Shown: one piece after another, positions 9,505 through 18,646 of the stretch
Position numbering within the stretch: the first letter of the stretch is position 1
How the letters are laid out: each line of letters starts with the position of its first letter
Origin: a phage
Sequence record: NC_135729.1
Direction: 5' to 3' (one strand)
Length of the DNA stretch: 64,000 bases
The notes under the pieces: model-generated
What the model was told of the DNA's origin: nothing
Databases searched by the model: none
The model's input: the letters and a program-made list of their open reading frames with translations, nothing else
Program-made: the position numbers and the translations under genes

Positions 9505-10512
9505 TTATTCACCTTTCAGAGTTGCTTTAACAACCAGCTCTGGACGGGTGTTAACTGCCAGCATGGAAGTTTCAGATTCAATCTTCTCTTCACGCAGGTA
9601 TGCAGAGTGTTTATACCACATATACAGTTCCTGTGCTGGGGTATTTGCTTCGTTAACATCATCTGCCGGAGCAAAGTGCAGCTGGAACATCTGATCAATA
9701 CCCATCGGCAGAATGCGAGCTTCTTTCTTAGGAATATTGCCAGAGATATCTTCGATAAAGGTGATACCTTTATGTTCGAACACACGATAAACGCTGTCCT
9801 GACCGCCAGCACCCAGACGACGACGCAGAGGTTCCTGAGCAGAGCCGTAGTAGGTGTATGCCAGTTCTACCAGCGGGTGGTGAGTGATTGCACTGAAGAA
9901 CTCAGGAGAGCACAGAGCCACGATACGGTAGCCAGCAGCGTTGTCACCAGCTTGCAGGGCGATATGCAGACGAGCGTCTTCCAGAACTTCCATCGGGTCC
10001 TGATCTGCTTTCGCTGGATCAATTTCTACAGATTTCTGGGACACACCCCACAGAGTGTAGTAATCATACTGACAGGTGGTGTCACCTGGTGCATAGGATT
10101 TACCCAGAATAGCCTGGAACAGCGCTTTCTCACGCAGTGCTTCATGAGAAACACGGATACGGCGAACAACGCGGGTTACTACGTCCTGAACAGTTTTCGG
10201 AGCATCAGGGGTGAAGTAACGACGGAAGTTCTGAACATCTGCTGCGGTGATGCCTTTGTCCAGAGGGAAGAACGGGATGTTCAGGTTTTTAACCTGAGCA
10301 CGTTCACTACCAACGTAATTACGCTCACCACCACGACGGCGTGCCGGAATGTCGGTTACAACTTCATCAACACGCTCGATCTGAGCAATCGTTGAGGTGC
10401 CGAGACGGGTTTCGAACAGATCCATACCAGTAATCAGTCGGAATTGGCGCGGAACAAGGTCCAGAGTAGCACCTAAATCAACAATGCCAAATTCATCTTT
10501 ACGAGTAATCAT
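9505..10512 (-). CDS. major capsid protein
   Basis: 335 aa; follows scaffold and decoration-like genes and is followed by a strong terminator; size as lambda-E-type capsid proteins. Confidence 0.6.
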   Translation of the reverse strand: MITRKDEFGIVDLGATLDLVPRQFRLITGMDLFETRLGTSTIAQIERVDEVVTDIPARRRGGERNYVGSERAQVKNLNIPFFPLDKGITAADVQNFRRYFTPDAPKTVQDVVTRVVRRIRVSHEALREKALFQAILGKSYAPGDTTCQYDYYTLWGVSQKSVEIDPAKADQDPMEVLEDARLHIALQAGDNAAGYRIVALCSPEFFSAITHHPLVELAYTYYGSAQEPLRRRLGAGGQDSVYRVFEHKGITFIEDISGNIPKKEARILPMGIDQMFQLHFAPADDVNEANTPAQELYMWYKHSAYLREEKIESETSMLAVNTRPELVVKATLKGE

Positions 10513-10560
10513 TTATTTCTCCAAAGTAAAACTTAAATATTTTCCCGAACAATTTAGGGC

Positions 10561-10950
10561 TTACTCTTCACCAAGAGTCTGGACCTGAACCTTGTTACCC
10601 AGAGCCTCAAGCTTGTCTAACACAGCCTGTTCTGCTTTAGCACCACCAGTTGCCAGCAATTTATCCTTGGCAAAAGTAACACCACGCACAGCAACAACCA
10701 GTTTATATTTCTTTGTGCCAAGAGGTTCAGCGATATGTACTTTACCAGCAGCGTCCGGAATTAAAGCACGATCCACCAGAACGCCATAGGCGTCTGAACC
10801 GTCCTGATTGGCAATGCTACCATCTTTGGTCACAACCGTGCCAGCATGATGGTGCTCTGTCAGTGTAATTTCCATCTCTTTAAAATTGTAGCCAGCATCG
10901 CTAGAATCAACTTTGCCGAGCACGATATCAGAATATTGAGCGGTAATCAT
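10561..10950 (-). CDS. putative head decoration protein
   Basis: 129-aa ORF immediately upstream of capsid gene, size and composition like gpD-type decoration proteins. Confidence 0.4.
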   Translation of the reverse strand: MITAQYSDIVLGKVDSSDAGYNFKEMEITLTEHHHAGTVVTKDGSIANQDGSDAYGVLVDRALIPDAAGKVHIAEPLGTKKYKLVVAVRGVTFAKDKLLATGGAKAEQAVLDKLEALGNKVQVQTLGEE

Positions 10951-10970
10951 TTATTTCCCCCGTTAATGTC

Positions 10971-11948
10971 TTATTTGTTAGATTCTGCACGTGCACGAGC
11001 AAGTGCTTTTGCAACGTTTTCAGCAAGAATTTCTTCTGCGGATTTTGCAATATCATCCACAACAGGTTCGCCATCATTACCATGTTCAGTGGTGGCAAAC
11101 TCTTCTTTAGTTTTATGCACCTCTGCTTCCAGCTCTTCAATTTTTGCTTGAGCTTTCTCCAGCATAGCTACGATAGGTTCGTTAGCTTTTTCCAGCATGA
11201 AGTCAACCAGTGTTGCGTGATCTTCTTCACCAACAAAGCTTAAAGCTTGAGCCTTAGTCAGCATTTTAGCTTTTTCAACTTCAACCTGGGCCTTGATGAT
11301 TTCTTCAGCTTTACTCTGGGTTGCTTTCAGCTCTTCTACTTGCTTCAGCAGATCCAGATACTCTTTAGTTTTGGTTACGTCCACCGGATTCTCCTCGGTA
11401 TTTGCGGATTTTGCAACATCATCCACCTCGGTAGTTTTATCCACCTCAGCAGGTTCCTGTACCGCCTTGATCAGGTTCCCTTCTTTATCGAAGAGATCAG
11501 CGGTTACTTGTTCAAAAATCTGTTGTGTTTTTAACAGACTGTACTGATCTACCACACTAAGCTGCTTGCCTTCTTTTGCAGCCTTATGAATGGTCACGTT
11601 ATCACAACGCTCTTCCAGCCATGCAATACAAGACTCTGCGTCAGCTTGCGCCCATTCCCAATCAGGATGCTCTTTAGCCCAAGCCTCCTCTTCAATCTCA
11701 AAACCAAGCATGTGTGCAAGTGCTTTAGCATCATCATACCACATATCGAAGAAACGACGCAGGTATTCTTCAAAACTAAGCTCCACAGTAACTTGGCGAA
11801 GTGCCTTAACAATATCGTCTGTTAACTGCTCAGGCTTAAGATCACTCTTCATCAAAAGAGATACAGGTCTGTTGTTAGCGCTATAGCCTTGCGCCTTGTG
11901 GCACAGGGCAATCCCCTTCTCTTTAATAGTAATCGTTTTTTCAGACAT
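10971..11948 (-). CDS. putative scaffolding protein
   Basis: 325 aa, acidic, long predicted coiled-coil C-terminal half; between portal/protease and capsid genes. Confidence 0.45.
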   Translation of the reverse strand: MSEKTITIKEKGIALCHKAQGYSANNRPVSLLMKSDLKPEQLTDDIVKALRQVTVELSFEEYLRRFFDMWYDDAKALAHMLGFEIEEEAWAKEHPDWEWAQADAESCIAWLEERCDNVTIHKAAKEGKQLSVVDQYSLLKTQQIFEQVTADLFDKEGNLIKAVQEPAEVDKTTEVDDVAKSANTEENPVDVTKTKEYLDLLKQVEELKATQSKAEEIIKAQVEVEKAKMLTKAQALSFVGEEDHATLVDFMLEKANEPIVAMLEKAQAKIEELEAEVHKTKEEFATTEHGNDGEPVVDDIAKSAEEILAENVAKALARARAESNK

Positions 11949-12379
11949 TATTCATTGCCCTCTTCTACAACACTGATCCCGAAGTTTACGTTGGTAATTT
12001 CACCAGTTTCTTCATCAACATTACCTGTTGCCTGAATGCTTAGGCCACCAACAATGCCAGCCTTCTTAGCTTCCCATAGTTCAGGATTATTGTATTTAAC
12101 TTTAGCAACCCAAGAGCCAGCCTTGATGACCTGCTCAGTGCCAATTACTACAACATCAAACTCTTCTTGAATCCACGTCTTTTCAATGGTGAAAGCATCT
12201 GTAGAGGTCAAGTGGAAAAGGTTCTCAGAAACTAGGCCTGCGGCGTATGCTGCGTCCCAGTTATCTTTGGCCTTTTTGATGGTGTCTTTACTCATCCACT
12301 CACCGTGAGCATCTTTAGTGTCAGGTTCGTAGATGATTTCGTAGGAAATCATTTCTTCCTGTGGCATCTTATTCCCCAT
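11948..12379 (-). CDS. putative prohead protease (XkdF-like)
   Basis: Start set at internal Met (MGNKMPQEE); EPDTKDAHGEWMSKDTIKKA resembles the XkdF-family protease N-terminal motif; located after portal gene. Confidence 0.4.
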   Translation of the reverse strand: MGNKMPQEEMISYEIIYEPDTKDAHGEWMSKDTIKKAKDNWDAAYAAGLVSENLFHLTSTDAFTIEKTWIQEEFDVVVIGTEQVIKAGSWVAKVKYNNPELWEAKKAGIVGGLSIQATGNVDEETGEITNVNFGISVVEEGNE

Positions 12380-12434
12380 GTGGATTATTTTATCACGCCA
12401 AAGGAGGTTTTGCAACCCCCTGTGTTGATAATTT

Positions 12435-13991
12435 TTAATTTTCCATGTTGGATATGGAATTATCTCTGGTTGATGACATCTTAGAAGTGCCGTTGCCAGT
12501 GGATCCTGCAGCCATTCCATCACCAGCCCTACTGATGTCCTGGCCCAAGAGCTTCATCAGCTCTTCCTGATCCATGTCCTCGTCAAATCTTTCATCAAAC
12601 CCGCCTACTTCAAGAATCTTATTAATTACTGCAGGAGTTTTTGGCAAGTAACCTACAGCACCGATCCTCTGGACAAACTTGGAGAAGCTCTCCATGTCCA
12701 CCTCTTCAATCAGACCAGGTTTCAGTTTAGGCATATCATCATCTTCAAGGATGATACCATTCAATGCCAGAAGCTGTGGAATAAGATCTTTATTGAAGGC
12801 CTCAGTGATAATATCTATATCACGCTGAACAAAATGACCATGGATAGACTGTTTTGACTCAGACAGAGAGAAGGATCCAACGTTATCGTTACCGAGGTTA
12901 ATAAAGCCAGCACCGAAACGGTCAAGAATCGCCTTCTTACGGGCATCAATCAAATCTTTAGTGGAATACTGCTTACCCATACCGTCAACCCCCTTCAGGG
13001 TCATGGAGTAAAGCTCTTTACCAGACTTATCTCTGTCAGACGGAAGTATAAAGAAACTTTGCTCACCACTATGGGCGTTTGCTGCGTCAAGCATAAGGTC
13101 TGCAACCATTCTCCCTTCCATTGAATTCGGGTCAATGCTGGCCTTGTTCAAAATATTGGAAGGAATTTTCAGCTCAAGCACACCACCAAGGTCTTTGGAA
13201 CAGCCAACAACCTCAAGGTTTTCAATCAGAACTTTCTCACGGAAAGATCTGTAGCAACCTATCATCGGTGACACACCTGCAGGGTTAGATTCTGTTCCTG
13301 ACAGGGTCATGAGCATAAGCTTTTTAGCAGGGATGAAAATTTCAGGCTCATTAAAGCCTTTTGAAGGCATTGCAGCAAGAGGTCCAGCCCAGCGTGCATT
13401 CTGAGTGTTTAGAAATGCATTAGGTGACTGATAAATACCTGTCAGTGTTCTACTATTCTTGTCAAAAACAAACGGCTCTGATCTGGACAAACTAGCCTGA
13501 GGTCGGAATGCAATTTTATCAATAAGAAGCATCCCGGCATATTTACCTTCTCTCTCTCTGCGGTATACTTTCTCAAACAGTGAAAAACCATACTCGTTAA
13601 AGGTAGCTGCGCTTCTTGCAATATCTCGAAGAGTTTGTTGGTTTGCCAAATTACGCAAAGAATACTCTATAAGCTCGGCAGCTTTCTTAGAGTCTTCACT
13701 TTTAACATTATAAAGGATCTTAAAATCATTAAATGCTTTCGTGATGAAAACATATTTTGTATCTAAGGCAGTAGCAACTGTGGAATCACATTTCATAGTC
13801 TCCACTGTAGCAATCAGCTGAGGCCAACGCAATTCCTCAACCATCATAGATTGCGACTCTGCCATAATTTGGGAAAGTGCGCCAGAACCGATCTCACTCA
13901 TACGAACATTATGAGTTGGTGCGCCTGCGTTCCCAGATTTATTCACAGTTTTGGCTGTGGCGTTGTGTTTCCTGCGGTTCTTTTTGGACAC
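12435..13991 (-). CDS. portal protein
   Basis: 518-aa ORF immediately downstream of large terminase. Confidence 0.6.
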   Translation of the reverse strand: MSKKNRRKHNATAKTVNKSGNAGAPTHNVRMSEIGSGALSQIMAESQSMMVEELRWPQLIATVETMKCDSTVATALDTKYVFITKAFNDFKILYNVKSEDSKKAAELIEYSLRNLANQQTLRDIARSAATFNEYGFSLFEKVYRREREGKYAGMLLIDKIAFRPQASLSRSEPFVFDKNSRTLTGIYQSPNAFLNTQNARWAGPLAAMPSKGFNEPEIFIPAKKLMLMTLSGTESNPAGVSPMIGCYRSFREKVLIENLEVVGCSKDLGGVLELKIPSNILNKASIDPNSMEGRMVADLMLDAANAHSGEQSFFILPSDRDKSGKELYSMTLKGVDGMGKQYSTKDLIDARKKAILDRFGAGFINLGNDNVGSFSLSESKQSIHGHFVQRDIDIITEAFNKDLIPQLLALNGIILEDDDMPKLKPGLIEEVDMESFSKFVQRIGAVGYLPKTPAVINKILEVGGFDERFDEDMDQEELMKLLGQDISRAGDGMAAGSTGNGTSKMSSTRDNSISNMEN

Positions 13992-14093
13992 AAGCTTTAC
14001 CCCTCAAAACAGTATAACAAAATAGCCCTCGTGTTAGAGGGCTAGTATCTCCGATTACTCTATTCTACCACATCTAATTAAGATTGGCAACAC

Positions 14094-15641
14094 TTAGATA
14101 AAACGCTTGAACATAGAAGGTGATGAGATTGATGGAATCACACAAGGAAGTGCTACCTCCTCTTTCTCCAGGAAATTAATCGCAGAAGCTACACAGTCGG
14201 CCCAGTCGTCTTTCCTGTTAAATGTTGATCTTTCCCCGTTGAATTTTTCAAGTTCAGTCAGAAATGCTTCCAGAGTATCAGGATGGAAACTGGATTTTAC
14301 AATCCTAACCATTCCTTGTTGGGCAAGATTGGCAAAAGGTGAGAACCTTGTCAGTTTAGATTTGTTGGAAGGCATTGGGTCTTCTTCAACCCTAAACCCT
14401 TCGGCGAGCAAGGATCTGGAGGATGTTAAGAACTCACTCTTACCTGCCTGACCGGGGTCCACAGAGAATACGATTATACAATCATCACCATCAAACTGCG
14501 CCTGTTTCCTGATGATCACATCTCGTTCACCAGCCTTTTTACAGAACTTGCCTTCCAGACCTGTGGAATACCTCCCGTCATCCACGTTCTCAGGACAATA
14601 ATCACCGGACAGGTAATAAAAGCCGTCGCTATCTTTACTTACCTTAACACTGGCGGTAAAGTCAGGAAATTTATTACCGGAAGTTCTCTCGGTTCCTGCC
14701 TTATCCCATGCCCTGCAAGATACTGATCCAAGGGGTACTCTATCGGCATCACGAAGGAAAGATCTTTGAAAATAGTTTGCACCCTCAGGCTTTGCAAACC
14801 AGTTGCCATGAAGAAGCTGGGCTTTTTCAAGCTCGGGCAGACCTTCAAGAAAAGCAAGGTATTCTGGGTTGTCTCTCAAGCAGACAGGATTATCGAAGAT
14901 TGTTGCGCCTATAAACGAGAATGACAACGGTCTTGGCTTGATCTCCACACCCAGTCCGTTAACCGTGGTGTATTTCTCTATCAACTCTTCTTTAGAGTCT
15001 CCCCAGATAAATTCACCGTCGCGTCGGATAAAATATCTTTTCTTACCGCATTTCTCCGGATCTGGATACCCTTCATCGTCCAACCACCATCTAACCAGTT
15101 TGGCAAGCATGTGTTCTGAATCTGGGTTACAGCTGATAACCATTCTTGATGGATACTTTGACTGAGATCGCAGACGAGACATCAGATAGTCTATCTGCTC
15201 CCATTCGAACTGCGTTCCCTCATCGAAGCAAACCATGGTGTACTCAAGCCCTTGATGGTTAAGCTTATCTTGTACATACTCCATGTGGCAGTATTTTACA
15301 ACAGCTCCCTTTTTGCTCCTATCCCACTTGCCAGTGTTCGGATCAAACCGTGGAAAAATGAACTTATGATCCTTCTCTCTGAACTTTGGCTTAATGTTTT
15401 CAGGCAGATCACTATAAATAGCTACTGCTTTAGGCCATAGTCCACCCTCACCTTCCAACTGTGGGGTTGTTCTTCGGAACATAACCACAGAGCTGTGGGG
15501 GTCATCAATAATTTTAAGTGGCATCAACTGCAAGAGGAACGACTTGCCAGACCCTGCGGCACCGCCGATTACCAAAATATCTGCATCGTTTTCTAGGATC
15601 ATCTTCTGCTTTTCAGAACACGGTCCGTAAATCTTAGACAT
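14094..15641 (-). CDS. terminase large subunit
   Basis: Walker A GGAAGSGKS near N-terminus, Walker B-like VCFDEG, 515 aa. Confidence 0.85.
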   Translation of the reverse strand: MSKIYGPCSEKQKMILENDADILVIGGAAGSGKSFLLQLMPLKIIDDPHSSVVMFRRTTPQLEGEGGLWPKAVAIYSDLPENIKPKFREKDHKFIFPRFDPNTGKWDRSKKGAVVKYCHMEYVQDKLNHQGLEYTMVCFDEGTQFEWEQIDYLMSRLRSQSKYPSRMVISCNPDSEHMLAKLVRWWLDDEGYPDPEKCGKKRYFIRRDGEFIWGDSKEELIEKYTTVNGLGVEIKPRPLSFSFIGATIFDNPVCLRDNPEYLAFLEGLPELEKAQLLHGNWFAKPEGANYFQRSFLRDADRVPLGSVSCRAWDKAGTERTSGNKFPDFTASVKVSKDSDGFYYLSGDYCPENVDDGRYSTGLEGKFCKKAGERDVIIRKQAQFDGDDCIIVFSVDPGQAGKSEFLTSSRSLLAEGFRVEEDPMPSNKSKLTRFSPFANLAQQGMVRIVKSSFHPDTLEAFLTELEKFNGERSTFNRKDDWADCVASAINFLEKEEVALPCVIPSISSPSMFKRFI

Positions 15642-15928
15642 TAACCTCTCTCCTTTGGAAACAGTGTTCTAATATAGTCTTGCAAAATGATCAATTTAGC
15701 TCTATCATTGCTACAAGACAGATTATTATCCCTCATAATGCCAGAGTTCACTGCATCTGGCGCACCTTTCTTCAAAGGCATAGCTTTAGCAGGTGGTTTC
15801 ATGGCACCTTCTGGGGGTTTAACAATCAACCTTCCTACATCTGGAGGGTCAATCTTGTATTCTTTCTCAACACTGGTTGCACACCCACATAATAACAAGC
15901 ACGCAATAAACAGTGTGGCAACTCTCAT
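15641..15928 (-). CDS. o-spanin (Rz1-like outer-membrane lipoprotein)
   Basis: Signal peptide with lipobox-like LLLCGC, Pro-rich 95-aa protein; start overlaps stop of i-spanin by 4 nt. Confidence 0.6.
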   Translation of the reverse strand: MRVATLFIACLLLCGCATSVEKEYKIDPPDVGRLIVKPPEGAMKPPAKAMPLKKGAPDAVNSGIMRDNNLSCSNDRAKLIILQDYIRTLFPKERG

Positions 15929-16323
15929 CGATCCTCCTGATTGATACTCTCATTATAAATATCTATAAGCTGATCAGGAAGTGTTGACTTCTTACCTTCA
16001 GGTGATTGGAGGTAGATAATCTGCTTTTCTCTACCTGCCCTCTCAGCTATATTTAATTTATCCTGCAAATCAGAAAGAGATTTTTCAAGGTTTTTAACCT
16101 CCTCTGCGTGGCCCATTTTAATTTTGTCGGCCTGCTTTTGTTGCTGATCAAGGATCCGTTCCCACTTTAACTCTGTTGCTGACACACCCTCTTGGTAGGC
16201 ATCATTAAGCTTAGAGTTAAACCAATACACGGCCCCAAGATAAGCTGCACCTATAGCCGCTGCAAAAACTAAACCTTTTATGATCCCTCTATACCTACTC
16301 AGCCATGTTAAACCTGAAATCAT
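15925..16323 (-). CDS. i-spanin (Rz-like)
   Basis: N-terminal transmembrane helix followed by charged coiled-coil periplasmic domain, 132 aa. Confidence 0.6.
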   Translation of the reverse strand: MISGLTWLSRYRGIIKGLVFAAAIGAAYLGAVYWFNSKLNDAYQEGVSATELKWERILDQQQKQADKIKMGHAEEVKNLEKSLSDLQDKLNIAERAGREKQIIYLQSPEGKKSTLPDQLIDIYNESINQEDR

Positions 16324-16341
16324 TTTAAGGCTCCAGAAACG

Positions 16342-16372
16342 AAAAAACCCCGCAGCTATACAGCTAACGGGG
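16342..16372 (-). terminator. intrinsic terminator ending the tRNA/early transcript
   Basis: CCCCG...CGGGG hairpin followed by TTTTTT on minus strand. Confidence 0.5.
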
Positions 16373-16428
16373 CGGGTTAAAATTGAGTAACCTAAATAGA
16401 TCGAAACTAACTAAAAGGAGACTAATAC

Positions 16429-16698
16429 TTATCGAGGCACTCGGTGGATGATTCTAACAGTAACTGCATTTTCATTCATCAAGTATGCATCTACATCTCT
16501 GTAAATATAAAACTTCTGCTCACTATCAACAACACAAGCTACCGCCCCTTCAGAGTTGTCTTCAAAAAAGACCACCACTGCATCGCAGCTGAGTTCATGA
16601 TATGACTCTCGAAGATTTACAGCCAGAGGATTGAAATCGTCACGAAAATCTACGGTATGGGTTGGATTTACACGCTCTACAATTTTAAGTGTATACAT
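16429..16698 (-). CDS. hypothetical protein
   Basis: Track ORF trimmed to Met (MYTLKIV) with AAGGAA SD so it no longer overlaps tRNA-Pro. Confidence 0.4.
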   Translation of the reverse strand: MYTLKIVERVNPTHTVDFRDDFNPLAVNLRESYHELSCDAVVVFFEDNSEGAVACVVDSEQKFYIYRDVDAYLMNENAVTVRIIHRVPR

Positions 16699-16744
16699 TT
16701 TAAAGGTTCCTTTTGTTTGTATATGTTTAAAGTATAACTGAAAG

Positions 16745-16821
16745 TGGTCTCCACGGAGTGATTCGAACACTCGACCTCCTGATCCCAAATCAGGCGCTCT
16801 ACCAAGCTGAGCTACGCGGAG
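16745..16821 (-). tRNA. tRNA-Pro (anticodon TGG)
   Basis: Hand-folded cloverleaf: C1-G72 acceptor, D-arm GCTC/GAGC, anticodon loop TTTGGGA, T-loop TTCGAAT, encoded CCA. Confidence 0.8.
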
Positions 16822-16832
16822 TATCTACTATT

Positions 16833-16907
16833 TGGTGGCCCTGGGTGGAATTGAACCACCGTCTGGCGATTATGAGTCGCTTGCTTGAACCTTCCAGCTA
16901 CAGGGCC
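16833..16907 (-). tRNA. tRNA-Met (anticodon CAT; initiator, elongator or Ile2 not resolved)
   Basis: Hand-folded cloverleaf, anticodon loop CTCATAA, T-arm GGTGG/CCACC, encoded CCA. Confidence 0.7.
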
Positions 16908-16908
16908 A

Positions 16909-16983
16909 TGGTGCTGATGGCAGGACTTGAACCCGCAACCTATTGATTACAAATCAATTGCACTACCAATTGTGCTACATCAG
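16909..16983 (-). tRNA. tRNA-Thr (anticodon TGT)
   Basis: Hand-folded cloverleaf, D-arm GCAC/GTGC, anticodon loop TTTGTAA, T-loop TTCAAGT, encoded CCA. Confidence 0.8.
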
Positions 16984-16988
16984 CAAAA

Positions 16989-17087
16989 AGGTGCTAGGCG
17001 GTGGAATCGAACCACCTATGTATTCAACGACTACCTCGTCTATTTTCAGGATTAAAAATCCTCGCCCTTGCCAAAGGGCTTACCTAG
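16989..17087 (-). tRNA. aberrant tRNA-like element (about 97 nt; anticodon unresolved)
   Basis: Canonical acceptor stem, D-arm (GCCC/GGGC) and T-arm (GGTGG-TTCGATT-CCACC), but about 30 nt extra between anticodon-like hairpin and T-arm. Confidence 0.35.
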
Positions 17088-17185
17088 CTCAATATGTTGA
17101 CCATGTTGCTAGTCGGCGATGACGACTGTAACATTTGATAATCCGGTTCTGCTTCCGGCTTTCGCTTAATTGCAAGGTCAACAAT

Positions 17186-17276
17186 GTGGCGGAGAGTAAT
17201 GGAATCGAACCATCATCGAGTCATCCTCAACGGGACGGTTTTCAAGACCGCTTGAGCACCATTGCTCCCTACCCTC
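17186..17276 (-). tRNA. tRNA-Ser (anticodon TGA), type II
   Basis: Acceptor GGAGGGT, anticodon loop CTTGAAA, long variable arm, T-loop TTCGATT, encoded CCA. Confidence 0.7.
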
Positions 17277-17392
17277 CTTTATAAATTATACTGATAATGA
17301 CACTGATTTTCGAGCAGTTAGTGACTAGTATAAACGACGATAAATATCAATGCCATTATCTGTATTATTTATGCATCTAAAAAATATAAATT

Positions 17393-17479
17393 TGGTGGGG
17401 AGTGGTGGAGTCGAACCACCCGAGTCGCAATGACAATAGATTTACAGTCTACACCGCTACCTCTACGGGATAACTCCCC
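17393..17479 (-). tRNA. tRNA-Tyr (anticodon GTA), type II
   Basis: Anticodon loop CTGTAAA; variable arm TGTCATTGCGACTCG closely resembles E. coli tRNA-Tyr; T-arm GGTGG/CCACC; CCA encoded. Confidence 0.75.
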
Positions 17480-17483
17480 AATT

Positions 17484-17558
17484 TGGCACCCCGTACTGGA
17501 CTCGAACCAGTGTCAACGGCTTAGAAGGCCGCTGCTTTATCCACTAAGCTAACAGGGC
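17484..17558 (-). tRNA. tRNA-Arg (anticodon TCT)
   Basis: D-arm GCTT/AAGC, anticodon loop CTTCTAA, T-loop TTCGAGT, encoded CCA. Confidence 0.8.
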
Positions 17559-17616
17559 ACTGGGTGGCTTTCTTTTACACCTTAGCCGCCAGAAAAGGTG
17601 GGAGACCATGTTTACA

Positions 17617-17645
17617 ATATTACACTGTTAAGCAAAGTTTGTCAA
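17617..17645 (-). promoter_or_regulatory. sigma70-like promoter upstream of tRNA cluster
   Basis: TTGACA, 17-nt spacer, TAATAT on minus strand, about 55 nt upstream of tRNA-Arg. Confidence 0.55.
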
Positions 17646-17654
17646 GAAAATATT

Positions 17655-17993
17655 TTAGCTATTGCTAACAGGCTGTATTTCTGTAGTAAATGGCATAAAA
17701 GGTGCTGGTTTTTCAGCCTCTTCCACTACCACCTCTTCCTCTTCACCAAACATCTCATCATATTCTTCCTGCATTCGGTCTGCCTTATCAAGAACATACT
17801 CTGCAATGCTTTGACGAATATTTTGTTTGGTTTTCGGGTCCAACATCAGCTCTCTTAAAACTTTGTGAGCTTCTGGAACCATCGCTATAAAAGATTCCTT
17901 CATATCAAGGATGTTCTTCTCTAGCTGAATGGCGTTGGACTCCTCTTTCAGAGGTCTGCCTCTACGGCGACGCTTTTTAGTTGTATCCGCCAT
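17655..17993 (-). CDS. small basic protein, possible DNA-binding
   Basis: Start at Met (MADTTKKRRRRGRP) with GGAGGAAAC SD; basic N-terminus, acidic C-terminus. Confidence 0.45.
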   Translation of the reverse strand: MADTTKKRRRRGRPLKEESNAIQLEKNILDMKESFIAMVPEAHKVLRELMLDPKTKQNIRQSIAEYVLDKADRMQEEYDEMFGEEEEVVVEEAEKPAPFMPFTTEIQPVSNS

Positions 17994-18021
17994 GTTTCCT
18001 CCATTATCACGTGATAGGTGG

Positions 18022-18050
18022 ATTTTATCACAGCAAATACTGATTGTCAA
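18022..18050 (-). promoter_or_regulatory. sigma70-like promoter with overlapping palindromic operator-like site
   Basis: TTGACA, 17-nt spacer, TAAAAT on minus strand; palindrome TTATCACGTGATA (about 18004-18016) at the predicted transcription start. Confidence 0.5.
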
Positions 18051-18327
18051 GTTCGCCGCAGGGTGGTGTTCCCTGCGACTTGTCCAGCGTCCTGGACCAG
18101 CAAGTTTTCCAGCTATACCCATTACCGCGCTCAGGCTCGACCTTATTACAGGTTGGCTGGGGTCACATCGTCATGTGCTGGCTGCCCCTACCATTTTAAG
18201 TGTGGTGCACTATCAAGCCCTCTAAGGGGAACTCAGTCTTCTCCGAACCCTGTTTCAAAGCATCCGGAGATAAAGCCATCAAATTCATCTTTAAATTGGA
18301 TATTCATCATGATACACGAAAACAACC

Positions 18328-18570
18328 TCATTGTAAAGCGCAAATAAATAAAACATACTTAATTTGTTTGTTATCAGGCTCAGGGTAGAAGTAGAAGATC
18401 TTGCTATCACCGATCTGAACACCACCATCCCAACAGCATAGCCCATAACCTGTATTCATACAAGCTAGGTCGTTGGCAAAATCTATTGCATCATCCAGTG
18501 CACGAAATTCACCTTCATCTTCTAAATAATCCTCATTCATGGAACGAAAAACGAGCTTAACCTTAAACAT
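18328..18570 (-). CDS. hypothetical protein
   Basis: 80-aa ORF, no motif. Confidence 0.35.
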   Translation of the reverse strand: MFKVKLVFRSMNEDYLEDEGEFRALDDAIDFANDLACMNTGYGLCCWDGGVQIGDSKIFYFYPEPDNKQIKYVLFICALQ

Positions 18571-18646
18571 AGCATTACCTGTAGACCTCGTAAGTTAAAA
18601 TTGCATCACATCATATTGCAGATCTTATCAGGTAACACTATTTTTG

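Noticed and set aside
9607-10395. 262-aa plus-strand ORF
   Set aside because: Antisense to the major capsid gene; no start signals and an implausible composition.
16758-16946. 62-aa plus-strand ORF
   Set aside because: Completely overlaps tRNA-Pro, tRNA-Met and tRNA-Thr on the opposite strand.
17088-17185. Possible additional tRNA in the 98-bp spacer
   Set aside because: No T-loop, D-loop or acceptor pairing could be folded by hand; left unassigned.
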